A stretch of 63,969 bases of DNA, counting the filler, from Eremomyces bilateralis CBS 781.70 (taxonomy: Eukaryota), in assembly GCA_010015585.1 (NCBI GenBank). It is 7 parts of 7 records of this genome, joined end to end, with 100 filler letters (N's around TTAATTAATTAA, not from the genome) between each part and the next. Parts side by side here need not be neighbours in the genome. Positions count along the whole stretch, not along the records: positions 1 to 28,774 come from ML975187.1; 6 more parts are not named here. One strand, written 5' to 3'. The position numbers were made by a program, and so were the translations under genes. This document shows positions 1-10,408 of the stretch, piece by piece. The notes below the pieces were generated by a model. The model did no database searches. It had not been told where the DNA came from and worked only from the letters and a program-made list of their open reading frames with translations. Each line of letters starts with the position of its first letter. Within the stretch, counting starts at the first letter, position 1.

Positions 1-286
1 AGGGCACGAGGCGATAGTCCAGCTAATGGTTGAGCGGGACGACGTCGCGACGGGCTCGAAGGACAAGGACGGCCGGACGCCGCTATCGTGGGCGGAAGAG
101 CGAGGATACAAAGCGATAGTCCAGCTGCTGGTCGAGCAGGACAACTTCGCGACCGACTTAAAGGACGGGTTTGGCCGGACGCCGATATCGTCGGCGGTAT
201 CGCAAAGGCACCAAGCGAGAGTCCGGCTACATCGGAACACGGAGAAAATCAACCAGACACCGCCGAGGAAAAGAATTGCCCTTGCT
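1..286 (+). CDS. Ankyrin-repeat coding segment (5'-truncated by the window edge), degenerating towards its 3' end
   Basis: Translates GHEAIVQLMVERDDVATGSKDKDGRTPLSWAEERGYKAIVQLLVEQ...KDGFGRTPIS, which are fungal NLR-type ankyrin repeats. The frame continues to PPRKRIALA, followed by a GTAAGT donor at 287. Confidence 0.75.
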
Positions 287-394
287 GTAAGTTTCTTTGA
301 GTTCAGCCCCTCCGTCTGTTGCCCAAGTATGAGAACAGCCACGTCTCTGTCGACACAAAAAGATACGACTGAGTTTGACTGATAACGATTGAAG

Positions 395-608
395 TGCGGA
401 CGATGCAGAAGACGAAAAATTCGTTGCAGCGGCGATCCTGGTAATGGTATTGGGTGTCCTCATTGCAGGCGAGCTGGCGTGGAACCTCATGCTTGCCAGT
501 TTAACAGAGTTAGTACCTCCCCCCATCCATTGCTGCTTTGTAGGGAGCTTATAACCCTAGGTTGGGACACGTTTATGCCCTTCTGAGTATCCCAAGGTGC
601 CGTCGTGA
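395..608 (+). CDS. Zn(II)2Cys6 binuclear cluster exon plus a short terminal exon
   Basis: [38 protein letters not shown] has the six-Cys GAL4-type spacing. It is preceded by intron 287-394 (GTAAGT...AAG) and followed by a GTTAGT...TAG intron and a short exon ending in TGA. Confidence 0.7.
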
Positions 609-759
609 CAGGTTCGAACATTGTAGGCAACAAGACCTGTGTTGGAATGCAGCTGGGAGATTGCTGCAGTGATTACGGCTATTGCGGGAGTACTTCTGAT
701 TATTGTAGCCCTGGAAACTGCTATTCAGAAGCGTGCCAGTGACTGCACTTAGGAACCTT

Positions 760-1400
760 CGGGGAGAAATCAGGTAAAACGGTGCCACTCCCGTGAGAAC
801 CCGAAGAAGGACTGGTTGAAGGGTGTCAGGAAACGCGCCGTCCAAGCCGTATGTGATCCCACGTTGCACGGGCCGATGGCCGCTTTGCCAGGCGAAGGCG
901 ATATCCATGTCGGCCTCCGCGATCTTATCATCGTACTGATTGAACGGCTCGCTGATCTGCTTGACATACTTCTCCGTAATGGCGATCAACAGCTATCGGA
1001 ACACCTGAACGCCAATCGCATCACCCAGGCCCCGCTTCGTCTAATCCCGGAGCAACTTCGACAAGATCAGGGTTTTCTACAGATCCTTGGGGCGATGGGG
1101 CGAGAAAAACAGCGGCGAGGCATTGATATCGAGCATGGAGCAGATTCGATAAAGCATGATAAAGAAGGGCGGATATAGACGAGGTATTGGTATAGGAGTA
1201 CGCCCACCGGCGTCGAGTGGAACCGAGAGACTTGGAACTCGCGGTTCGTAGCCCTACAAGGCTTGTGATGTCTGGTTATCACTACCATTGACCCCGAGAA
1301 GACACAGAACCCCCCAGAGCGTGGACGGTCCGTTGCGACGCTCAATGCTGAGGAGTTCCGTTCCTCTCGCCGCCTGTCAACAGGTCAGGTAGACCAACAA
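760..1400 (-). pseudogene. Relic of the domain found in fungal telomere-linked/RecQ-helicase-associated proteins (tyrosine-recombinase-like motifs)
   Basis: Minus-strand motifs LLVYLTC*QAARGTELLSIE, ITRHHK..RATNREFQVSRF, LLYQYLVYIRP, VFR*LLIAITEKYV and AWQSGHRPVQRGITYGLDGAFPD, with stops and frameshifts. Family assignment is from motif recall. Confidence 0.6.
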
Positions 1401-1743
1401 GTGAGTGAGTGAGTGTGAGAGAGAGGGAGAGAGGAAGCGGGTAGGAGAAAGTCGGAAAGAGAAGCGGAGAGGTGTAATTATGTTGTAGTTGAAGTTGAAT
1501 TTAATAAGTGTAGGCATGTCGAAGGTTGCAATCTGAAGGCGAAATGTTGTGAGCGGGTTTGGACGGCCTCGCCGGTGCCCGAGAATCTGGCAGCACAGAA
1601 GGTTAGTCTGCACTCTGCAGTCTGTTGGATAATTACGGGACTTGTTGGCGGTAAACATGCCCAGGATTACGTAAGTACAGAAAAAGGAAAGAAATCTTGT
1701 ATGATGACTAAGTGATAACCTCTGATCTTTGACAAAAGATAAG

Positions 1744-2727
1744 TGTGGAGAAGACTCCAATCGAGCAAAGATCACGTATGAGAGAGAAGAGCGATGTATT
1801 CCATGTATCTAAAATGAGAGAGAGAGAGAGATTCATACGCCCGTCAGGCCTCTCAGCGAGGCCCATGTGGGGAACTACCTAAGCTTACTAATTACATGCG
1901 TTGGTGCCTTGTGGCCTTGTGCTCCATTTTTCTATCTCCTTCTATCTTCTCTAATTATCTGCTTCTAACATAGGAAATTATTATAACTGTGGTATGGGAA
2001 TAAGATGGTCAGTTTGCTGGACGTCTCTGTTCCTCTAGGTTCTGTTCTAGAGTGACGCTGCTCTTACTCGGGCACAGCGTCGGATCGGAGGATTGAGACC
2101 ATATAGTTAGTAGAAGGGAAGGTATGGGAGGGAGGGTATAGGAGGGAAGGTATAGAAGGGAATATATAGGAGGGTATCATGTTCCGGGGTCTAATCTTCC
2201 AGTATCCTAGATGAAATGTAGCGTTGCCGTAACTACCTCTATGTTCGGGGACCAGCGCTTGATCGGGCCGTCTTTTGCTTCTGATTCGTATGCTCCAAGG
2301 AGGTAAGCCAGGTCTCTTGCTCGGGCTCCAGCCGCTGTCTTCAGTTTCTGTCTCTGTTCTTCCCATTTCGTGCATTCCAGTATGAAGTGGTGGACACTCT
2401 CCGTTGCTCCGCATTCGCAGTCGCTGCTTTCGGCCGCCGCGATCTTGTGGAGATAGCTGTTAAGGCGGCAGTACCCTGATCTGACTTGTACTAGTAGGGC
2501 TGCTTGGTCTCTCGATAGCTTGTCGTAGAGCTTTCTTATGTGCCTGCTTGGTAGTGCTTTGTCGAGCTCCTTCGCGAAACGCCCGGTCTTTTTGGCTAGG
2601 AAGGCCTTTCTCTTTGCCTCTGGGATGTATCTAAAATACAGCGTGAAGAGATAGAGATAGACATCTCCGAGCAAACACAAACCACGTGACCCAACACACA
2701 CTGAAGTCAGGTGACCTCCGTGTGACA
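1744..2727. mobile_element. Solo LTR (about 162 bp net) interrupted by a LINE insertion
   Basis: TGT...ACA termini flanked by the 5-bp direct repeat ATAAG (1739-1743 and 2728-2732). Confidence 0.65.
1816..2624 (-). mobile_element. 5'-truncated non-LTR retrotransposon (Tad1-like LINE 3' end)
   Basis: ORF2 C-terminus (LVQVRSGYCRLNSYLHKI, CECGATESVHHFILEC zinc motif). The 3' end is a (CT)n tail. 13-bp TSD ATGTATCTAAAAT at 1803-1815 and 2625-2637. Confidence 0.85.
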
Positions 2728-2736
2728 ATAAGTCTC

Positions 2737-3021
2737 TGTCACAGAATATCTGTGTTTTATTGACGTATCATTGGCGTATCGTTGGCGTATCACCACTGTC
2801 TCATCTCATATTCGATTCTATGCCTTCTGTTTCCTTTATCGGGGAAAAGATCATCATAAAAAACCACATAAATAGCTGCAGGAACAGCCTGTTTTCGTAG
2901 GATTCAGGCTAAAAAAAAGGATCAAGGTCAATCTATCTACGCTCTTTTGGAATCTAACGGGGTTTTCCACCGTGTCGCTGCATTAATCACCGGATTGAGC
3001 GAAACCGCTATTTATCTCACA
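2737..3021. mobile_element. Solo LTR (285 bp)
   Basis: TGTCACA...TCTCACA termini with the 5-bp TSD GTCTC (2732-2736, 3022-3026). About 75 bp of one end recurs in reverse orientation at 32092-32702. Confidence 0.8.
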
Positions 3022-3182
3022 GTCTCATCAGAGGAACATGCTAGATCAAAGCAAGAACCCATCCTTGAACTGCAATCCTCCATGTCGCAAGTTTTTCGAG
3101 CACTTCATCACAATGATCCATTCAGACAACCCTAGAGACGCGGAAGTCTACTACTTCAACCCTAGCCTCTGGCGAATTATGA

Positions 3183-4257
3183 TTAGTCAGACTCGCAATG
3201 AACGAGTCCGTCCGCATGGGTGTGACAGGCAGCCTAAAATTATTTAGCTACGGTCCTTGTGCGATTCAAAGGGCAAATCTTACAGCAACACTGGTAGGTG
3301 TCCCTGCTTGCGAATCTGGCGGGGGACTCGTCGCCGGAGGTACTGACTGCACTGGTACATCGCTAGTGGCCGGGTATGGAGCGGCACTGTTGAGAGCTGC
3401 CGACATAGAGCTGGCAATACTCTTCGCCACATCATCCCCAGAACACCCGGTGCCCGGCACCGCAATATCATACGCATAAACATCAATGGCAAAAAGTTGT
3501 AAGGCGTCGCTGTCCCTCGTTGACTTGTAGGGGTCTCTTTGAGCTAGTTAGAGCTAGTGCATTAGTATAATTTTCCGAGTAATGACTGACGGTATCCTCG
3601 CTGATCTGCGGGACGTGGAAGAGCCGGTGCAGCAGGTCGACAGCAAAGTAAGTATTCGGCGGAGAGGTAGCAACAGTATAGCCACGCCCGCACATTGTTT
3701 CGAGAGGGAGTCTATTGAGGTAGGAGAGAGGGCAGATGACGGTTTCTTGGGTTGCATTGGCTCCACGCCAGTGGCCGGCCCAACCTGGACAATATCAGTC
3801 GTTTGGTTAAAGCGCAGAGATGAACAGGTGGAGACAAACCAGCTTGAGTAGCACAATTTTGGTCTGGATCATCACAACGAAAAGTCATGTTTCCGCGATC
3901 TGCGGACACGACACGAGAGTACCAGCCGATAGGCTCAGCAGTTGATGCATTGCCAAAGTACTTAATGTAGTAGGGGGACTGATTGCCTGATCTGAGAATA
4001 TGTTCTCTGGCATGTGAGGCAAGCTTGACTGCCTCATTCAGTGCCCGGCGAAGTTGTGTACGTTCGGTGGCATTGCAGGATGAATGGATGGGAATATCAG
4101 TGACAGCGCCAGGAGACCATTGATATGGAGTTGCAGACGGTAAACCTGTGACAGAGGTTTCAGCCACTGTAACAACGACTGCCCGAGCGCTGAGAGGAGA
4201 GGCGATAACTGAGCCTATGGCGGTGAGAAGAAGAGAAAAGAGTCTGATAGAAGGCAT
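3183..4257 (-). CDS. PRA1: Secreted zincophore, Pra1/Asp f 2 family (multi-exon)
   Basis: Signal peptide MPSIRLFSLLLTAIGSVIA, PIHSSCNATE, FRCDDPDQNC and the HRLFH motif. A spliced last exon gives the C-terminus CHTHADGLVHCESD, the hallmark Pra1 zinc-binding tail. Confidence 0.92.
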
Positions 4258-5128
4258 ATTGACTGCGTTGCTAACCTTCAAAGTCTCTTACAGATCGACT
4301 GCCAATATCCAACTTCGTGTCTGAGGAAATGATCGACTCTTATATATGCTCAAAAAGCCCCGCAGAATGCATATCATTGGGAAATCGTCATTCAGGCTTC
4401 CTCTTCGCCAAGTGTTGACTGAAGCTGCAGCCTTAGTGGGTGTGACCCAGACTGATCTAACATCTGACAGCACAAATGGGCATTTACAACGGGGTCGCGG
4501 TGTGGAAGCAGACTATTTGGCACTATGATGCACTTCGCATCTCCTAGGCGACTACTACCTTTTTATCGGTTCAATGGCCGACCACCATCGATGTCATCCG
4601 AAGTATGGGGAGGGTGGTTGATTGGTTGTCTTTTGGAGACTTTGGTTGTTCCCTCCCAATCAAGGAGCGCGTTCTAGCCATCAAGGTACCCTATTTCCGG
4701 CCCCTGCTGCTTCTCCAAGCCATCATGGTGCTTCGAGGTTCGACTCCTATTGCATTTCCAACCATCAAGGTATGCAACTCCATTTCGTGAGGACACCCTG
4801 ATTGGCTGCCGCCAACCATTCAGAAAAAGAGCGGATTAATATATCCACTAAGATGAAGAATCGGCGTAGCACTCACTGCTCTAGTAGGACGAGTTGGATT
4901 CCGTGATAGTGCTATCCTGATCCTTTCGGTATTTAAGGACGTCTGGAAGAGTTTCTGGAGATATTGCTGCAACGACGTCTTACTGCTTGAAGTGTTCCTC
5001 GTTTATAGCTTTCTAGTCTTTCTATCATACAGCGTCAAAGTATCTCATCCAGTATTCCTCTGTTGGAATCCATTGTACTTTCACGTATTCCTCGTCTGCG
5101 ACTACTAATCGCGTGTTCTATTGTTACG
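4258..5128. promoter_or_regulatory. Bidirectional promoter with candidate ZafA/Zap1 zinc-response elements and a PacC-type site
   Basis: CCATCAAGGT occurs twice (CAAGGT at 4682-4687 and 4766-4771), with variants CCATCATGGT and CAATCAAGGA. ZRE-like ACCTTCAAAGT near 4274 and GCCAAG at 4407-4412. Confidence 0.55.
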
Positions 5129-6787
5129 ATGTTACTTAGAAGACGCGCTCCTGGACTGTTCCTAGTCAGTACTGCGTTCGGGCAGACCTTGACCACAGCA
5201 ACGAAGCCTACGTCCTCAGCACAGGTCGTTACTGCAATTTCAGAATGCCATATGCATGATACTACACAGTTCGTTGTATTGAACACTTTTCAGCGACAGG
5301 GCAACCTGCTAATAACTTGAAGGTTTTGTATGGCTGGTACCACAGAGTTCCAAGTTCATGTAACTGCAACTGGCACATCAGCCCTTCCAGCGTCATACAC
5401 CGGATGTCATGTACATGGCACAGACAATTTTTGCATAAGCCCCTTTGGTGACGAAGTCAGCATCACACAGCAAAGAAGCGATGGTGATTCCACACATGGT
5501 AGCTCAAATTCGAGTCCATCAGCAGCCACCTCCGGTCGCAACTGTCATTTTCATGCCGGCGTGGAACACTGCACCGGTGGAAACGAGAATGAGGAGCACT
5601 CTTGTGAGCGTATCAATCGCGACTATAATATCCCACTTCGAATCGGATTCCTATTTGTTATGCTCGTGACGAGCGCTTTTGGTATGCCATTCTGTCCGGT
5701 TATCTGACATAGCTAATCAATTATTGTAGGTGTCCTGGGGCCGATATTCCTCACATCCTTCACAAAGGTGCCAACAGACCACATTGCCTTGGTTCTCCTC
5801 AAGCAGTTTGGAACAGGAGTTCTCATTTCCACTGCTTTCGTCCATGTATAGATTCCACCTATTTTGCGACTACAATCACTGACTGGCTTCAGCTTTTTAC
5901 TCATGCATATCTGATGTTTGAGAATGATTGCGTCGGCGAAATGTCCTACGAAGCTACGGTTAGCGCAATTTTCATTGCTGGCGCCTTTCTTTCTTTCTTG
6001 GTCGAATACGCCGGTCATCGCATCAGTCAACGTCATATTAGTGTCTCAGGACTACAAGCAAGTACCGAAATTCGGGAATCCAACAAAGCCGCAATCCTTA
6101 AGCCAACTCAGGTGCGAGCGGATGATAATGAACTCGAGTCTCATTCACAGGTTCACGATCACCCCGTACCTTCGGACGCTATCAGTGCTGCGGTCCTAGA
6201 GGCAGGAATCGTATTCCATTCTTTACGTACGTCCTACTCATATCTAGAGATTTTGAGAACCGGAGCTAAACAGCACAGTCATTGGCCTCACATGTGTCGT
6301 AGCCGATGATTCGTTCTTTCGTACCTTGTTTGCCGTAATCGTCTTCCATCAAATGTTCGAAGGGATCGCTCTCGGCACAGTCATCTCTGGTATCCCGAAC
6401 ACCAAATTGTCTTTCACAAAGAAGATGATCCTAGGGGGCATCTTCACCATTATCACCCCAATAGGCATGGTATGTTCTTCATCGCAGTCTACCGCCGCCT
6501 TGACAAAATCTAAATCTGGTTTGACTAATTTGACTGTTCATCAGGGCATTGGCATTGGCGTGTTAAGTCGTTTCAACGGTAACGACAGATCCACCCTCAT
6601 AGCCATCGGCACTTTAGACGCATTATCCGCAGGCATTCTAGCCTGGGTAGCCTTCGTGGAGATGTGGGCTAGGGACTGGATTCATGGGGGCCGGCTAGAG
6701 CGGGCTAGTCTGGCGACAATACTGGCGGCATTGCTTGCGCTGGCGTTGGGTATTGGCATTATGAGTTTACTTGGGAAGTGGGCATGA
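5129..6787 (+). CDS. zrfC: ZIP-family zinc transporter, ZrfC/Zrt1 type with an extracellular CHxH-rich N-terminus (multi-exon)
   Basis: CHMH, CHVH and CHFHAGVEHC motifs; RDYNIPLRIG; KQFGTGVLISTAFVH; LEAGIVFHS; FHQMFEGIALG; C-terminal LGKWA. Confidence 0.92.
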
Positions 6788-7030
6788 CCATAAAAGATGA
6801 ACATGGGCATGACGCCTTAGATAAGTTTAGAGACCCCAGGCAAATTAGGATAGGATTTGGGGCGGAAGGTTTCTTGATGATGGACCACTCTCTTATGGCC
6901 TTTGATAACGAGCCCCTAAACCTGGTTGCAGCACTACTTAGATGACAGGGTGGTATCCGTCATTGAGCGGAAATGCATGATAGGCGTGACTTCATGGACC
7001 TTTTCGACTCAAACAACTGCCCATATAGTA

Positions 7031-9016
7031 CTCGTGCCAGGCTTTCCCCACCCTCCAGGGTGGGTGCGCCACAGATCAACGCAAACCACACAACGCAAAA
7101 TCTGTAGACTCAACTCAAATAGTTAATTATCTCAACACCAATATACCTCTTGAGGAAGATGATCAGGAGAGTCGAATCCTTGCAGTTGTCACCAAGTACC
7201 GATGCGGTGAAAATAAAAATATCACGTCGTTGCACAACGAGTATCGCGTTCCTTACTACGCCCTTCGATCACGCATCAATGGCAAGCCATCGAAGAAAGC
7301 TCTAAAGCCTGCCAACCGAGTACTTGATAAAGCACAGGAGAATACAGTTAAACACTGGATCAAACAGCTTGATGAAGTTGGCCACCCGCTGACCGCTGAA
7401 ATGGTGACAAATTGTGCCAATGCTATCCTCTATCGAAACCACGCAAATCCAGACACCCCACTTCCAACAGTCTCAAAAATGTGGACGTACCGCTTCCTTA
7501 AACGCCTTCCAACTGAATATAAGTGCATTAAAGAGCGTCCCATGGATCATAAGCGTATACAGGCTGAAGATATTGGGATAGTGCAGACTTTTTATGATCG
7601 CTGGGAGATTGTTCTCAAAAGCCATCACATCCGCCCATGCAACATCTACAAGATGGATGAGCTAGGCTTCCAGATTGGCCAGGGAAAGGTTGAGAAGGTT
7701 ATAACTGCTTTTCTTGAAGCAAATGCAAACATCAGAAGTGCCATGACACGGAAATTGGTCACTGTCATTGAATGCATCTCTGCTGAAGGTAAACCAACCA
7801 TCTCCTTTTTTGTTCTTCCAGGCTCATACCATCTGGAGGATTAATATAAGGATTGTGGGCTTCTAGACAACTGGATGATCACCCTTACACCTAATGGGTA
7901 TATCATTGATGAAGGAGGATGTGATTGGATTCATCATTTTGATATAGAGATACGCCCAGCTATATCTTCTGAATACCGGCTCCTCTTCCTTGACAACCAT
8001 GGTTCACACCTACGACTTCCTCAAATTCTGTGAGGGCCGCCGAATTATTCCTTACTTCCTTCCACCACACATGACACCATTTACAACCTCTGGATGGAAT
8101 CCCTTTCCAGCCGTACAAGTTGCACTGGCATGCAAAGGCTGTCAATGAGGCTGTACGCCTGGGTGATGGGAGCTTCAACCATCGGCAGTTCTTTTTAGCT
8201 CTACCTGCAATAAGGGAGAAAGCCTTCACCCCACGAGTTCTCCGCGCCGGCTAGACAAGACGAGGAGTATGGCCAATTAAGCCTGAGCTTGTTATTAAAG
8301 AGTTGGAAAAGTTATGTGCAGGTGATGGCCCCGTGCTTGAGTTTTCGGACGGCGAACCCGAACGTGAAAAGACCCCCTCTATGTCTTCCTCCCAACTTTC
8401 CTCGCCAAAGAATGTGCAAAGCTCCGACACAGTATTGAGAAGGTGAAGAAAAACGTTGCGGATATAGAGGATGTCCTTGACGAAGTCTCGCCGTCGCTCA
8501 CTAAAAAGATACACAAGATTTTCAATGGCAGTTTACTGCAAGCGGAGTTCGGCGCGCAACAAGGCAGCGTCTTGGATCGCTATTAAGATGCCAGCCACAA
8601 TCGCAAACGAACAAACGAAAAACAACTTGTCGACGTGTTAATGCAGGAGGTCCTCTTTATGTTAAGGATTCAAATCGCCGGATTGAAGAGCGGAAGGCTA
8701 CGGAAATGAGGGAAGAGTGAGAGAAGCGTGAGCGACGCCGAGCGCGCGATAGGAAGAAAAGGCAACGTGAGCTCATAGAGGAGGCTCGCAGGGAAGAAAT
8801 AAATGGTGAAACAGCTGCTATAGCTACTGGAGATCAAGAAAATCTCCCTTATTTTATAGATACTCAACCGTGGTAGAAGAATCGATTGTTTTGTTGCTTG
8901 ATGTACTCAATTTTGTGTTGATCTGTGGTTTGTGTTGATCTGTGGCGCACCCACCCTGGAGAGGGAGGGGGGTGGCGCACCCACCCTGGAGGGAAAGGGG
9001 GGAAGCCTGGCACGAG
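7031..9016 (+). mobile_element. pogo/Fot1-type DNA transposon, inactivated
   Basis: TIRs CTCGTGCCAGGCTT / AAGCCTGGCACGAG with TA on both sides. CENP-B HTH and DDE_1 motifs (IYKMDELGF, VIECIS, HLQPLDG) are broken by stops and frameshifts. Confidence 0.9.
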
Positions 9017-9074
9017 TACTGTCTACAAATAAGAAGGGTTGTTAAGCCCATTACTGTATTTCCTATCTTCTGAC

Positions 9075-10316
9075 ATCGTCACTTTGAATTACACATATCG
9101 AAACGCTCAGAGTTGTCATAGACAACAAATCTAACCCTATATCCCACCGGCCAGGCGTGGATCGATGCTTTGGGATGCGCACTCATGACGGACATGTTTT
9201 GAAACTCCGCCCACCCTTTCCAAAAGTACCTAGACGACCTTCTGCTGAGCGCCGATTTATCCGAGGACAATCTTCGGCGGATCTGGGAAGCCTATATCAG
9301 TCTCCTTATTACCGAAAATAGCGAAGTATGGACAAAGCACTACTCAGCCGCACGGTCAAGGAGTCGGCTCAATATCTTTTTCATGCTCATGGACGATGGA
9401 CAACTCGCGTGGGAGCTTCACAGATAGGGCTGGACACGAATAAGGATTTTGGCTATTCGTATTCGACTTTTCCTCTTGAACGATTATTCGTATTCGACTA
9501 AGTTTTGAGACGTTTTATTCGTATTATTCGCGAATATTCGTAAATAATGCCAAGACTTATTCGGCAAAAGCCGAGCCAATGAATGAATGCCCAACAGTCG
9601 CGACTTTTGTTTACCCGAACACGATCTGGAGGATTTGAGCTCTAAGAGATACAAAGCATATCAATAGCGTCGAATTGATCACTCCTGACGATTCAGCAAG
9701 CCAAGTGACCCCAGCTTAAAGCTCTCTGTCGACCATCTCTCCGATGCGAGATACATGGAAATAGCTTCAGAGATAGACGAATAATTACGAATAATTACGA
9801 ATAATGCGAATATTATTCGTACGAATATTAGTAAGCGGAAATTCTAAATTTTATTCGTATTCGACTACGAATATTCGTACGAATACGAATAGTCGAATAT
9901 TCGTGTCCAGCCCTATTCACAGATACCTGGGCAAAGCTTTGAAGGATCATGTATTTATTATCACAAAGCGGGGATACATAGGCCTTGTTCCTCCAGACGT
10001 AGGTGCTGGTGATGTTATAGCAGCGTTTGGAGGACCGAGTGTATCACCCATCGTTCGCGATGTTCCCTTAGACATCGTTGAGACCTTACGAAAGGGTGCT
10101 GGGAATGTGGCGCGAGAAATGGCCGAGAAAATATCGCAAGTCACGGGCCCTTGCTACCTACAAGGCATCATGAAGGAGGAGTTCCTGAAAGAGGAGAGAT
10201 ATAAGAAGGAGTCTGAGTGGGAAAAGTATTGGAGAGTTCCTCGTTTTGAAGCTGGTTCTATATTTAATTTAAGCATTAAGAGTTTAACTTTCAAAAATAC
10301 AATAGAGAAGCACTGA
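9075..10316 (+). pseudogene. C-terminal fragment of a HET-6-like heterokaryon-incompatibility gene, split by a MITE
   Basis: Removing the MITE and one TSD restores ...GQLAWELHRYLGKALKDHVFIITKRGYIGLVPPDVGAGDVIAAFGG...GPCYLQGIM, the typical HET-6-like C-terminal motifs. Confidence 0.7.
9425..9915. mobile_element. hAT-family MITE (491 bp)
   Basis: TIR TAGGGCTGGACACGAATA, 8-bp TSD TTCACAGA (9417-9424, 9916-9923), subterminal CGAATA/TATTCG arrays. Confidence 0.92.
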
Positions 10317-10408
10317 ATAGTACCGTAAACAAAGGGAATATCATTCGTCCTGCGACTAGAAACTGTCCTCGATATCAGTCAGTTTTATCAGTCAATGGCC
10401 ACCCCCTA

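Noticed and set aside
9440..9900. CGAATA/TATTCG repeat arrays resembling a CRISPR or regulatory array
   Set aside because: They are subterminal repeats of a hAT MITE with TIR and 8-bp TSD. There is no repeat-spacer structure, and the context is eukaryotic.
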